Below the pieces are notes generated by a model, which saw nothing but the letters and a program-made list of their open reading frames with translations, did not search any database and was not told the DNA's origin. From contig OX597831.1 of assembly GCA_951406725.2 (NCBI GenBank), forward strand, positions 40,610,001 to 40,674,000: a stretch of 64,000 nucleotides of DNA, written 5' to 3'. This stretch comes from Octopus vulgaris (lineage: Eukaryota). Position 1 is the stretch's first letter. Every line of letters begins with the position of its first letter. This document shows, one piece after another, positions 26,570-43,060 of the stretch. The translations under genes and the position numbers were made by a program.

Positions 26570-26900
26570 CAACGTAGTGTTGGTGGAGGCGGTGGTGGAT
26601 GTTGTTGTTGTCGTTGTGGTGGAGGTGGTGGGTGTTGCTATTATTGTTGTGATGGAGGTGGTGGTGGATGTTGTTGTTGTGGTGGTAGTGGTGGAGGTAG
26701 TGGTAATGGTGTTGGTGGTAGTCGTGATGTTGGTGGGGATAGTGGTGGTGGCGGTGGCGGTGGTGGTGGCGGCGGTCGTCGTGGAGGTGATGGTGCTGGT
26801 TGTCGTACAGGTGGTGGTAGTTGGAGTTGTAGTGGTAGTGGTGACAGCGTTGTTGGCGGCGGTGGTGATTATGTTGGTGTTGGTGGTGGTATTTGCGATG
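26570..26900. repeat. Degenerate (GTG/GTT)n trinucleotide tract
   Basis: Low-complexity GGT/GTG repeats giving poly-Val/poly-Thr translations. Confidence 0.9.
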
Positions 26901-27011
26901 GGGCGGGGGTGCAGTATATCTATGCCAAGATTCACAAAGAAAATATGGGTTACAAAACTGGCAGACGGGTGGAAAGACAGGTAAAGACAAAAGTAAGTGA
27001 TTTAGAGATGT

Positions 27012-27133
<122 letters not shown>

Positions 27134-27157
27134 GAGCGAGCGCACACACACATACGT

Positions 27158-27279
<122 letters not shown>

Positions 27280-27462
27280 ACGTATGTGTGTGTGCGCTCG
27301 CTCGCATGGGTTTGTTTGTTTAGAGAGAGAGGGGGGGAGAGAGAAAGAAAGGGAGTTTGTAAAAGAGGGAGTAGAATGAGGTACGGATATAGAATATTAA
27401 GAACGAAAAGGAAAGCAATATAACTAAAGATATTTAGAGAGAGACACACGTCTAGAAATATA

Positions 27463-27573
<111 letters not shown>

Positions 27574-27620
27574 GCTTCCTTGTGAGTTTCTGTGTTTGGG
27601 TGGGGTAGTGTAGCTAGCTT

Positions 27621-27698
<78 letters not shown>

Positions 27699-27761
27699 GG
27701 ACTGATAGATGCATAGATAATTAAATTGATACATATATGCACATATATTTGCATAAATATA

Positions 27762-27814
<53 letters not shown>

Positions 27815-28948
27815 CTATTTATGCACATATATATATATATATATATATAATACATAATATATATTGAGTGAGGTGGGGAGAGACAGACACATAGACAGAT
27901 AAATAGTTAAGCAGACAGAAAGACTGACAGACAAGCAGTCAGAGAGAAAGAACGGAAGAAATATGTGTGGTTGGAAGACAATGCTAAAAGAATCAGGAAT
28001 TCTACAATAGGAGAAACCATACAGCAGAAAATAGTAAAAACCGCTGATTGTTTACTTACCAAATGTAAGGGAAAAAAAGAAAGAAAAAGAAACCTTAGAA
28101 ATAAACACATACGTATAACAGACGAAAACGAAAAACAGAGATAAACTAAAAAGCGAAACGAAACGAAATGAAAAAACAGCGAAACGAAACGAAACAAAAA
28201 AAATGGGATATTAATAATATAAAAAAGATAAGGCCAGGAAATACGATTTAAAATGAAAGCAAAAAGGGAAAGGAAACCGACATGAATTCCAGAGAATATA
28301 AAGAATGAAAAGAATAGATGTAAAACAGTGAAACCCTATTTTATTCAAAAAGTATTTCTATGGAAAGACATACGTATGAAGAAGTTAACTTCTTTCTTTG
28401 TTCCAACAACACAAAAAGCGAACATTGAAATTTCAGAATTTTTGCCATGCCAGTTTGACATCAAAAGAAAATTTCAGTAATACATAGAAACTAAACAAAA
28501 AATAATAATAATAATAATAAAACCAAGTGGAAAATTCTAGAAAAAGGGGGGAAAAACGAAATATACTTAAATATATATAAAATGATTCTTTAAAGGAGGG
28601 AAAAAGGCCCAAAATAAAGAATAGGAAAAGAGTTAAGAATAAGCGAAGTTACAGGAAAAGTATGTCGGTTAACCTAAGACAAAACGAAATTTGAAATTTG
28701 AATAAGATATACAAAGAAACAATGTGTGTATATGTGTGTGTCTAGGTACGTATGCGAGTGTTTGTTTGCGTATGTGCGTGTACAAATGCGTATGTGTGTG
28801 AGTGCATGTGTGAGTATATATATGGATATATATATATATGTGTGTCTGCGCATGTATATTATAAATCCTACCTTCACATAGGCAATACACATACATATAT
28901 TTAAACACACACACACGCACAAGTAGATTTAGGTATGTATATATAATG

Positions 28949-28993
<45 letters not shown>

Positions 28994-29469
28994 TACACAC
29001 GTACGCATGTGAACACGTGCGCGCGCACACACATATGTGTACTCTTCTACGTAAAAAAAAAATGTTTGTGTGTACGTATGAATAGACGGATGGATGGATG
29101 CATGGGTGGATGAAGGAACGAATAAATGGATGTATGGATGGATAGGGGAATGGATGGATGAATAGATGGATGGATGGATGGATGGATGGATGGATGGATG
29201 GATGGATGGAAGTGATATCTAAAATATGTTGGAGATGAATGGGATGATAAAAGTCGATTGAAGTCATTTTTTCAACATCTGTTCAAAGAAAATGGCTTCG
29301 ATGCACGCACGCACAAAGACACGCACAACACACGCACATACACACATACACACACATACACGTATACAAGCATACGCACAAACACGCACACACACACGTC
29401 TGCTTCTATCTCTCTCCATATATATCTGCATGCTACATATCCTTATAATACATACACACACACACACAA

Positions 29470-29506
<37 letters not shown>

Positions 29507-29509
29507 TAT

Positions 29510-29594
<85 letters not shown>

Positions 29595-29746
29595 CAGGTA
29601 CATACATACATACATACATACGTACATACATATAAATATATACACATACTTATACATATACAGAGATGTGAATATGTATACGTGTGTGAGTGTACACATA
29701 TATACATATATATATGTATGTATGTATGTATATATATATATTTATA

Positions 29747-29853
<107 letters not shown>

Positions 29854-29899
29854 TTGTATATATATATATGTATTTGTATATATACATATATGCTATATT

Positions 29900-29931
<32 letters not shown>

Positions 29932-31288
29932 TGTATGTATGTATGTATGTATGTATGTATGTATGTATGTATGTGTGCTTCTTCAGTTCGACATAGAAAA
30001 TAATGCTGAATCCTGCTTCTTCGTCCTTGTTAATCTTCTTTTTAATCAAATTTATGCTTTAATGTGATACAATGTTAATAATTATGCGAAAAGGCAACGT
30101 ACGGAGGTGTAATATAAAGATATTTATTGCTACTAATATCCGATAAAAGAAGCATTTCCAATCCAGAGTTGAGACTGAATCTCGTTTTAGCTTTTAGTGT
30201 TCATATCTCATTTTGTTTTCCGTGTATATTTAAATTTTCTGCGGTGTTATAATGTCCCCTGGATAGAACGCAGTTTTGTCTCACATTGAATTGAGTTTTT
30301 CTCCCTTTTCCTTCTCTTTCTTGTTTGTCTTTCTCTCAGATATCAATTGAAACGAACTGATCGAGTATGTTTATCACTGATGTGATCTACAAAATTACCT
30401 GAAATAGAAGCGAAATCTCCCTCAAATCACAATTAGGCGATTGCAAGAGAGAGAGAGAGAGAGAGACTCTCGCTTTCCCAGGACTCAAAAATACTGGATG
30501 GTCACGGCGGGACTCTCTTTGTTTATAGGTCCTCTCGATCAGAGTTGAGCTAGAACTGATCACGAGTCACAAAGTACGTATATCGGGAGGGCATTATGCA
30601 AATAACACAAAAACCCACTGGTTCAATTTCACTTCTTTATCATTTGTCAATTAGTTAATTATTTAACCGACCATTAAATCGATTGTTTGATTAAACATCC
30701 TGTTAAACAATCGATAAGTTGGGTTTGTCAAACTCCCTTCTCTGCGGATCTGAATTTGAAAGGATATGTTATTAAAGGGGTTGCAAATGGCTAACTCATT
30801 TATTAACGAAATGATTAATCAAACGATCGAATAGTTAGATGTTTAAACTGACAATTAATAATAAAAGAAGTGAAATAGAAACAATGCGCGTGTTTATTAT
30901 TGGCCTAATGATCTTCCCGTGATGCAACAAAATCTGCCTTAAGACGCGATTTAACACCAAGAATGCTGCAAAGGAAATACAAGCAAGAAACCTACATAAA
31001 CGTTGGTAGACTTTTCCGTTCAAAAGTAAGTCATGTGATCAAATCTGTCATGATGTGACAATGTAGTGTACAAACTGAAAAACCTCCACCAAGTGAGCTG
31101 ATGGTGAACCGGTGCGTCGAAATATTTTAAAACTGAAATCATTTAATACTCCCTTTATCTGTTATTTTTTTACTTACTTCAGTCATTAGACTACGGCCAT
31201 GCTGGGCCACCGCTTTGAATAATCTTAGTCGAATGAATTGTGAATTGACCACTCTTTTTTTCTCTTTTGACCCTGCTACTTATTCTAT

Positions 31289-31722
<434 letters not shown>

Positions 31723-31871
31723 ATGGTTTTACCTAAAATGGTTATTTTTAACGTGATGACTACTTGGAAAAATTATTAATTAATTAATTAATTAAAATTA
31801 ATTAATTTTACCCTTTTATTATGCATATAAATATATAAATACATATATACATATATTTTGTATATTTATAC

Positions 31872-31905
<34 letters not shown>

Positions 31906-32023
31906 GTATGTATATATATATATATATTTATACATATATATATATACATGCATATAAATATATATATACGTATGCATAAAGATGTATATATATATATATA
32001 TATATATATTATAGATAATAATG

Positions 32024-32123
<100 letters not shown>

Positions 32124-33230
32124 TGATGATGATGATGATGACAATGATAATAATAATAATAATTAGTATGGAGACGTGTAGGTCACTGTAATATGCTCTA
32201 TATAACTATAAAAGAAATTTGTGGATGTAAAAGTTTCCATACTCTTTATTAATATTAATATGTACTTCAGACATATTTCCCGACCAGTGTAGAGTACACG
32301 GAATTACCCATTCGAAGAATTCACAGAGTGACTGACACATAATTTTATATACAGGTATTGGATGCTGACCGTTGTGGTTAGTCGACATCTGGAGCCCAAC
32401 TGGGAGCCAGCACGGTATCCGTCCTAATAATGTATCCCACTAAACACACTTTTATATATATATCTATGTGTATGTGTGCATGTGTGTGTGTGTGTGTGTG
32501 TGTCTGTGTGTGTGTGTGTGTGTCTGTGTGTGTCTGTGTGTCTGTGTTTATTCTCGTACCACTTCTTGACAGCCGGTGTTGGTATGTTTCCATCCCCGTA
32601 TCTTAGCGGTTCGGAAAAAGAGAACGATAGAATGAGTATTGAAAACGAAAATACTAGGGGGTCAATTCATTCGATTACAAAAACAAACAAAAAAAAAAAT
32701 CTCCAAGGCGCAGCATGACCGCATTCCAGTGACTAAAACAAGTAAAAAAAATTTTAAAAAATAAAAAGATAAAAACTTATGTCTATCTATCGGTGTGTCG
32801 ATCTGTTTCAAGTAACCCCTAGAGGGCGGAGCCCCCCAACATAACCGCTGTCTATTTGACAAACAAGCAGATGAGAGACACAAAGCATAAAAGACAACGT
32901 TACAGGAATCTAACGCAATACCTGTTACAGACTGAAGACCATTCAAGCAAACAGTGTGGTCGATATATTAATTATGAGAAGCATCCTAGATGTAAATAGA
33001 ATTATAATAGAAAATTAAGAAGAGCACAGAACACTTCTCCTTGTGAAATTGGCTTTATGCCTCAGACGAAAATCAATATGAAATGTATTGTTTAGTCGGT
33101 CTCTTTGTTCTAGTATAATTAATACAGTCACACTGTATAGTATAGCGCTCGTCCTGAAATATTTAGAAGTGTAGAAGCGTAAAACAAAGTGGGGAAGCGC
33201 AGTGTGTGTGTATATATATATATATATACA

Positions 33231-33305
<75 letters not shown>

Positions 33306-33341
33306 GCACATATAAAGAGACACGCACGCTCATACACACTC

Positions 33342-33405
<64 letters not shown>

Positions 33406-33417
33406 GCATATATGTAC

Positions 33418-33468
<51 letters not shown>

Positions 33469-34007
33469 TGTGTGTGTACATATATATATATATGCGAATG
33501 AATATAAATATTTTTGTATATATATTAAGATATATATATATTTACACACACATATCTATATATAAATAGATAGACAGACAGAGAGATAGACAGACAGACA
33601 GATAGATAGATAGATACATACATACATACATACATATATGTGTGTGTGTGTGTAAATATATATGTGTGTATGAATATATATATATATATAAATGTGTGTA
33701 TGTATGTATGTATACATGTACGTATGTTTATATACTTACGTATTTACATACATGCAGATATGTCTGCATGTATGTATGTATGTATGTATGTATGTATGTA
33801 TGTATGTATGTATGTATGTATGTATATTTAATTACCGCCAAGTAACGATGTTTAAAGAGGGAAATGAGATGTGACGTAAATGAATCAGCAACATTCGGAA
33901 ATGGAACAGTTTTCGAAAATCCAGTTCACTGGAAACGTAGATAAATACCAACACACGCATGGCTCCAGCACGTACTCAGTATGTTCACATACACACAGAT
34001 GATAGCA

Positions 34008-34076
<69 letters not shown>

Positions 34077-34329
34077 GTGCGTATCCGAAGGTATGGCTTT
34101 GAGATCAGGGAGACCTGTTTGCGAACAACAATAGTGTACGCTTCAATTCCACCGTGCGGTACCTCAGCCAGGTGTCTTCTACAACTTAGGCAAGTGTCTT
34201 CCCTGGGCCGACCAATACATGGTGCGAGAGAATTTAAAAGACGAAAGTTGAGCAAGAGCATGACGTATATACACAGACACACACACACACACGCACACAT
34301 CCGCACATCCACACGCACACATACACATG

Positions 34330-34375
<46 letters not shown>

Positions 34376-34472
34376 TTATTTGAGGGAATAAAATCCAAAC
34401 TTACAGGGAAAAAAAATATTCAATTTAGAAATACTAAATCAAATTTCACACAGTATAATATATATTATAAAA

Positions 34473-34764
34473 AAATTAGAAAAAAACACCTTTTATCAAT
34501 TCAAAATGAACAATTAAATTACATCATCTAGAAAATTACTTATAATAGAAATATTAAAATTAAAATAACAATAAAATGTCAATGATTAAGTAAATTGCAA
34601 AAATATAATAAAAACCAACTATATACGTTTTTATTATTTTTTGCAATTTACTTAATCATTGACATTTTATTGTTATTTTAATTTTAATATTTTTATTATA
34701 TGTAATTTTCTAGATAGTGTAATTTAATTGTTGATTTTGAATTAATAAAATGTGTTTTTTTCTA

Positions 34765-34768
<4 letters not shown>
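34473..34768. repeat. Fold-back hairpin with ~143-bp AT-rich arms
   Basis: 34473-34615 pairs with 34627-34768 around an ~11-nt loop. Confidence 0.93.
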
Positions 34769-34806
<38 letters not shown>

Positions 34807-34813
<7 letters not shown>

Positions 34814-35400
34814 ACCCTGGAGTTACCAACATCTTCCAAACCATACATTCAAACCTACCAATAGCCTTACAGAGCCCCAAAATGAAAAACATATTAAACA
34901 AATATAGCATAAAAAACAGTAGACGACAGGACAAAAACCTAAAAAAACACCTAACAAGAGCGAAATTCTCTTCAGAAACTAAAACGGAATTCTTTGCAAA
35001 AGAGTGCGGAGATGGTAGATGTGGGACCTGCAGCAACCCCACCTACAAATACATAGAGAGCAACAGAGAGATAAGATTTAAAAATGGTGTCATATTCAAA
35101 GTAAATGCAGATATGAACTGCAAGACGCAGAACGTCATATACTGCATAACCTGCCCCACATGCAAGGAGAATTACGTAGGAGAAACTGGTAATTCTTTGT
35201 GCCAGCGAGCCAGGATCCACCGACAACATATTCGGCAGGAAGAACTACGCAAAATACCACTAAGCACACACCTAGCTACATGTGGAGAAGGAAAATTTAA
35301 GATATTTCCCTTCTACAAGTGTCCGAAGAATGACACCCCCTTCAGGAGGAATATGGAAAAACATTTCATAGCTAAGTTCTCCCCCAAATTAAATGGCTGA
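34807..35400 (+). mobile_element. 5'-truncated PLE ORF (Neptune-type linker plus GIY-YIG endonuclease)
   Basis: THNP...RRQDKNLKKHL...CGDGRCGTC...CKTQNVIYCITCPTCKENYVGETG..R...H...EKHFIAKFSPKLNG*. The frame is uninterrupted; the apparent N-terminus is (TA)n. Confidence 0.92.
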
Positions 35401-35919
35401 AACTTTACTCAACATACATTGAAGGAAAAATCTGTGTGTGTGTAGATGTGTGTATTGCCTGTTATATACATCATATTATATTATTATCTTTATAATTCAC
35501 TTCCATCTTTACCCTTTAATTGTCACTTTAATTTTAACTTTCCTATGACATACAACTTTCAAGATGGTATAATTTGGTTGTTCATTTTGAACCGATAAAA
35601 AGGTTTTTTCAAATATTTTATGTATAAGTCTGTGTGTGTGTATATATATGTGTTGGTATAAATATCAACACACAAAAATATTTTTTCTTCTCCACTTCCT
35701 CCCTTATTTTTATTTTTATTTTTATTTTTATTTTTTTATTTTTTATTCTTTATATTTTTATTTATTCTTTATATTTTTTTATTTTATTTTTTATTTTTTG
35801 TTTTTATTTTATTTTATTTTTTTTATTTTTTTTTATTTTTTATTTTTATTATTATTATTTTTATTTTCCCTTTTCTCTTTTTGTCTCTCTCCCCTTCTCC
35901 AAACACACAGACACACACA

Positions 35920-35964
<45 letters not shown>

Positions 35965-36163
35965 ACAGACACACAGAGACACACACACACACACACCTCC
36001 ACAGAATGATCATAGAAAGTGTGACCCCAAATGACATTTGCCAGGCCAACCTATGCACAACACACACTCAGTGACATTGAAATGGACAGCCAAAGTTCTT
36101 ATAAAACCACAGGGGGTCCAGCAGACCAACGGAAATAACACTTCTTCACTCTCAGATATAAAT

Positions 36164-36227
<64 letters not shown>

Positions 36228-36429
36228 ACATATTTTCTCTCTGTCTCACTTCCTCCTCACCCACTACTACGAAACTATAAAAAGGTTCAAACTACCCACA
36301 ACTGATTTGATTTGAAAACCCACTAGAATGGGAGCAAGCGCTAATCCGAATGATATGATATATATGTAAAAAATGTAATATATAAATAAATATCTACAAA
36401 TATGAACCATCTGATCTGATTACCTCAAT

Positions 36430-36473
<44 letters not shown>

Positions 36474-37554
36474 TACATATATATATATGTATGTTTGTAT
36501 GAGTGTGTATGTATGCATGTATGCATGTATGCATTTATGTATGAGTGTATGTGTGTATGTATGCATGCATGTATGTATGTACGTTTGTGTATATGTGTGT
36601 GTGTGTGTATACGTATTTATGTATGCACTTATATGTGTATGTATATATGAATGTAAGCATATATGTAAGTGAGTATGTTTTAATCCACAGATCTCTTCTC
36701 ATATTCAAATGTTCTCATAGAAAAAATCCCATCACTCCTGAACATAATGAATGCATATTATCTGGCTTGCCAACTATTTCTAAATTCCCACCTTGCAATA
36801 TTGCTTGATAGATACTGATACCGCGAGTTTATTTCAGGCACCGTTTTAGACACCCACGAGCGTACTATATCGCTGACCGAGCCGCATTAAACCAGAACAA
36901 GTTCTTCTAGTTCTCAGGTTACCAGTTGTGCTGTGATTCATATTATGTCTATTGAATCAGGAGTGTGAAGTTTGTAACCACAATATATTGTTTTTACAAC
37001 TGTCAAAAATTTCATTTAATGATTATGCAATTTCGCAGCCATGTTTCTAAAGCCGTGGCTAACGAACAATAAGTTGTGAGTGAATCTAGATGAAAAATCG
37101 TGTAAACCAATCGCATATGTATGTGAGGTTGTTTAACGTGAGTTACTACTTCTAAAACCATTACAGTTTCTAGAAATTTTGTGTGCATTTCTCTGGAGAT
37201 ATCAGAAGGATCTCTACATAACCGCCTGTCATTTCTCCAGTTAGACTTTTGGCCTTGATCGAAGTTTTTCTCATCACGATGCTTTATTCGATAGTTTTTT
37301 TTAACCTACTAAAGTAACCGTTTACTACAGATCAAACGGTTTCCTTGCCGTTGCGTGAATTGCCGTGTCCTTATCATAATGTCCGAACTTTTCGAATGTT
37401 TGTTTCTCTTTCATACAGTTGAAACACTCAATTCAAAGGCTTCCATTTTCACCCGAAATTGTGTAAAAAAAAGATTTTGCAGCATTTATAAAGTTGACAA
37501 TTTCTAAATCGCTGTGATCCACACTTATGATGACAATAAATGCATGTATTTCCC

Positions 37555-37611
<57 letters not shown>

Positions 37612-37736
37612 GCATTTCATTTGAATTTTATTTACTCATCTGAAATAAGTAAACATCTTTTAATTGGTTTCAATAGAGTAACATATTGATTATTAAGAGT
37701 CTTCAACTACTCACACGCCGTGTATGAATGTATGTA

Positions 37737-37833
<97 letters not shown>

Positions 37834-38321
37834 GGGAGAGAGAGTAAACAAACTTATAAGCGTTGCGTGTGTCTGTATTTTACAGAAAATAAAGGAATTC
37901 ACGAACGCAAGAAGGCTGTGAACATAGCTTAGAAAATCGGGTAAATACCTCTTTAGGGGACCGAAAAAAAAAAGAGAAAAGAGTGATCAGCAAGTTTGCA
38001 GAGGGAACGGAAACCCACATCTCTCAAATTTCGGCTGACCGCTCTGTACCATTAAGCTTAGTGACAACAGATACCACCTTTTTATAGTGCAAAGTAATAG
38101 CTTTTGAAACGTGAGCCTATTTTGTAAACAAACTTATAAGTGGCTTGCTGGCCACTCTTCCTCGTCTTCTAAAGGGTACTTACTCGATTTTCTAAACTAT
38201 CTTCAGAGCCTTCCTGCGTTCGCGAATTCCTTTAGCGTAGAATAACACACGCACACACATGTATGTATATGTATATATATATTGTATATGTGTTTTTGTA
38301 TGTATATTGAAAAGCAGATAG

Positions 38322-38622
38322 ATATGTTTCTTTATAAGCCACACAGGGCTGCACACAGACAGAACAAATTACAAGGTAGAGCTTTTCTTTTGGGGTTAAA
38401 AAAGAGGGGCTTGGTTTTCGATCAAAAGGGATCGTAAAAGGAAAGAAAGAGGACAAAAAAAGGGGAGGATTAAAAAAAGGGGGGGAGAGAAAAAAAAGAA
38501 AAGGGGAGAGGAAAAAAAGTTGATCAATAGGGATCGTAATCACAGAAATGTCAATATGAAGTGTAAAGGGGAGGACAGGTGAGGTTTACCCGTGGAAAGA
38601 AAAGCCTACGGAAAAGACCACG
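38322..38622 (-). mobile_element. Probable L1/Tx1-type 3' UTR fragment
   Basis: Ends CAGCCCTGTGTGGCTTATAAAGAAAC, resembling the terminus at 20971-20995. Pyrimidine-rich on the minus strand. Confidence 0.55.
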
Positions 38623-38677
<55 letters not shown>

Positions 38678-38678
38678 C

Positions 38679-38763
<85 letters not shown>

Positions 38764-40661
38764 TTCGCCATGGTGGTGGTTAAAATGATCGTTCTGACAG
38801 AGTTTACATTTCCAATAAACTATTGAATTCTCTTCAATACCCTTCTCCCCAGTGCATCCACGTTGATAAAGAGACATGAATTTCTCTTCTTGATAATTAT
38901 GATGGTCGCACCTATAGACTATTGAAAATTTCCACTACTTAGCCATCCTGTTTCAAGTCAGCGTTGAGAAAGTGAAAACCATTGTCTTAAATATTGGCTA
39001 ATAAATTATTACTTTTCAATACGTAGAAGCTAATTGAGTTTCATCTACCGTTAACATATACCGGCCAGCATTGTCAACAACAACAATATCAGCCTAGTTT
39101 TGCTTCAGTGTATTAGTATAGATAATCAATTACTTTCTAGACAACATCGAAATAAACTTGTTTGCTTTCCAGATTTAACGCCAAAAACTTCAAATGATTT
39201 TTTTGTCCCCTTTTTGCTTCCATATTTTTTTTCTATTCGCCCCTGATCGTCTGCCTCATTGTTTTCCATTTGGAAAAATAGATTTTTCTAAACTAAACAC
39301 ACTGTTTGCTTTACGTCACATCCACAAATTATTTTCCCAGAATTATACATTCTATTTAGATACTCTTACGCTTTCTATTGATTTTATTCATTGTTTTGTT
39401 TTCTGTATTTTATTTTCGTCTCCGAGTGTGTTTGTTCTCCTTTGTTTTTGTTTTTTTTTATATTTCTTTTGGAGTTTTATTTGCAGATTCGCTGTAGTTT
39501 ATTTCTTCTGAACATACCTTATGTTCAGTTCTCTTTTTCAATTTATCTTACTTTATACCTTTTCATTGTTGTATATTTATACATTCTTACTTTCTTCTTA
39601 TGCTCTTTGTTCCTTACATATTGTTTTCCTTTCCCTATCTTTTATTTCTTATTCCTACTTATTCTTCTTCCTTCTCCTCTTTTTCTTTTCATTTTATTTT
39701 TCTCTTTCGTCTTTCATTGTCTCTCCGGATATTGGTTTCTTTTCAATTAGCACCAAGCTAATGTTTGCACAGAACAAGTAAACAGAGGTGAGGTATTCAG
39801 TATATTACTGGTACAGGAATGTTCACTCGATGTCAATGGAACTGGAATTGCATAGTAAATAAACAACGAATTAGATATAAAACTTCACCGTTTAACCAAG
39901 TTGACCCTATGAGATGATTCAACCTGCTAGACATAGCAACCAAATATCCATCGTTGTTATGTTTGTTGCTTTGATGTTACGTTTATTGTTCTTGCTGTCG
40001 TTGTTGTTGTTGTTGCTGCTGCTGCTGCTGTTATTGTTATTGTTGTAGTTCTTGTCATTCTTGTTTTATTGTCTATTTGTTGATTTGTTACTGATGTTGC
40101 TGTTCGTTGGTTCTTTCTGCTGCTGCTGCTACTGCTGCCGCTGTTAATGTTTTCTGGTTGCTGCAACTGTAATTGATGTTATCCATCTTGCCACTGTTGT
40201 TATTGTCGTCGCCATTTTTGTTGTTGTTGCTTTTGTTATTCTTGTTGTTGCTGTTGTGGCTGTGATTCTGCCGCTATTATTGGTATTATTGTTGTTTAGC
40301 CTCAAATCAGAGTTAATCGAACAGACATATAGTCATAACCCTTCCAAACTTGACCATCCTATCGTCTAAGTAGTATCTAACATTCACTAATAACTTGTCT
40401 TCTTCTCTTTTTTTTCTTGAAGATGGTAGAATAGAATATGAGAATGGTTTGACTGTTATTTTTAGCAGATCAGGATTCTCAATGACTTTCTTCTATGAGC
40501 CATGTTTCAGTGTGCGAAGGAATATGAGAAGTACTAGTTGTGTAAGGGAGCATATGAGGGGTTTATGTACGGCAGAGATCAAATGATGAATGCACTTCGT
40601 GGATGCTGCTGAGGCATTCAAAAACAAAAGAAAAAATTTAATTAAGGCCAGGCCATCAGTA

Positions 40662-40747
<86 letters not shown>

Positions 40748-40774
40748 TGTGTGTGTGTGTGTGCGCGCGCGTGC

Positions 40775-40843
<69 letters not shown>

Positions 40844-42580
40844 CGTGCTTGGGCTTAGAAAATAGAGCTTTTGACACTGTAAGCACGTATCTTCTCAACA
40901 ATGTTTTCAGAAACTTTGTCATCCAAATTCACGAATCTCCTTTCTTATTTCCTCATAGAAAGTTTATGAGTAGTACGGCAATCTATGTTTCCGATTAACC
41001 TAGGAGCGGAAAATGAAATTGAACTCTGGTTATTGTAGATGTCGTTGCACTTTAATGATCATAAAACATATAAGTTTGCAAGCAATGCAAAGTAGAGCTA
41101 CCGAAGTGTTTTGAGAGTAGTTTACGGATAATGACTACAAAATATAGCTGTTTTACATGAAATGTTTTACATAAATGGTGTAAGGAAATTGAGAGAAGAC
41201 GTTGAAACTTCGTCTGTGCGTGTTTATTTTATTCCACAACAAAGGGAGCTATTTTTTCGGAGAGATAAACTAACAAAAGCCCCTTTATTCTGTCTTTCCA
41301 CATAGCCTGCTCATAAACTAACAGCGAATGCCGCATAAAATTAAGTTGGTATGGAGCTTTCTGAAAGATACGTATAGCTTTCGCTAGTGGAAGCAAAACT
41401 CTTATTTAAAGGTTGATTCTTTGGGACGAATCATTTGTGATTGTTTAAAAAGGGCTAGAACGACAAAGCTAAAACGTATTTGAAACAATGGACAGCAGTG
41501 GAAATATCATAATGGATGGGTAAATAAGCATCCTTAAAGTGAAAAAACGGTATCAAATGTAAGCAAAGGCATCAGCAAATGTAAGAGAGGGAAGAGAATA
41601 TCACCTTTCCAGTAACTCAGAATAGGTAAAGGTAAGCATGCCAAAGTTTAATGCAGTTTAAATATGTAGATTAAGATAGTTTGGTATTGAATATTTATTG
41701 GGTACAGTGTTCCTGGTCAATTGAATCACTGTCGTAAGTGGACAGCAGAAATAAATAGTCAAAATCCTTTCATTTTTATGAAAACATTAAAAAAGTATGG
41801 AAGACCCTACATACAAAACAATTTCGTCCATTTACGTTCATTTACGCGGGAGGTCTGGGCAAAATATCACAGAGCATAACCATCCTTGAGAGATAAGTAA
41901 TGTGAACGTAAAGTTTGGTGAAAATCGATTGAGAATTGTGGATATGTATGTGTTAGTCATTATACACACATATACTGCGATTTATACATATTAGATATAC
42001 GTTCATATGCATACACACATGTATGTGTGTGTGTACGTATTTATGTGTGTGTCTGTATATGTATATATACATGAATATGTTTGTGCGTGTGTTTACGTAT
42101 GTGTTTATGAGTGTGTGTGTCTGTCAGTATATGTATATATATATATACATGCATGTATGTGTTTGTGTATATATGTGTGTTTTGTGTTGTGTGTGTCTAT
42201 GTGGCAATTAATGAATGTCACAGTCGCTATTGAGAGCATTCATACAACATGAAGACACGTCCCTAATTTTCCAGATGTCAGCAATGACTCTGTAACGGCT
42301 GGTCAGGTCATTAACTGATAATTTACAAATACATAATCTACACAATATATTGAACCTCCTTTAATATGTTGTTTATAGACTTATATACCTGTTTCAATTA
42401 TATACATGCATAGATTTATACATATGTAGATAATTATATTTATGTATTTATAAATACATATATTACAAAATATTTCATCTTCAAAAGTTATCAGACATAT
42501 ATTATACACATATGCACAAACACAGACACACACAGAGACAAACGCACACATGATATATATTTCTGTATATATATTTGTGC

Positions 42581-42646
<66 letters not shown>

Positions 42647-42973
42647 CATGGACTCTCCCGTCGCTAGGCGACGCGTGAGGGTTCGGCAATTTCCTGCAAA
42701 ACAACAACGCAGATGATTTGGTTATCGTGATGAAATGTTTGTGTTGTGTACACATAAGATCTCTTCCTCTTTCAAGTCGAAATTACCTGTACAGGTTCAC
42801 CGTGTACCACATAAGATGTGTGTTTGTGTGTGAGCGTGTGTGTGCGCGCCACACTTATGTGTTCGCATGCCATTTGTATACACACACACCTGATATGAAA
42901 TTTCTGTGTACATATTTATGAACCACACACAAACACACACACACACACATACATACATACATACATACATACA

Positions 42974-43059
<86 letters not shown>

Positions 43060-43060
<1 letters not shown>

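Noticed and set aside
41840-41996. Possible non-autonomous Helitron-like 3' end
   Set aside because: Only a vague motif resemblance, with no second copy or clear terminal hairpin in the window.
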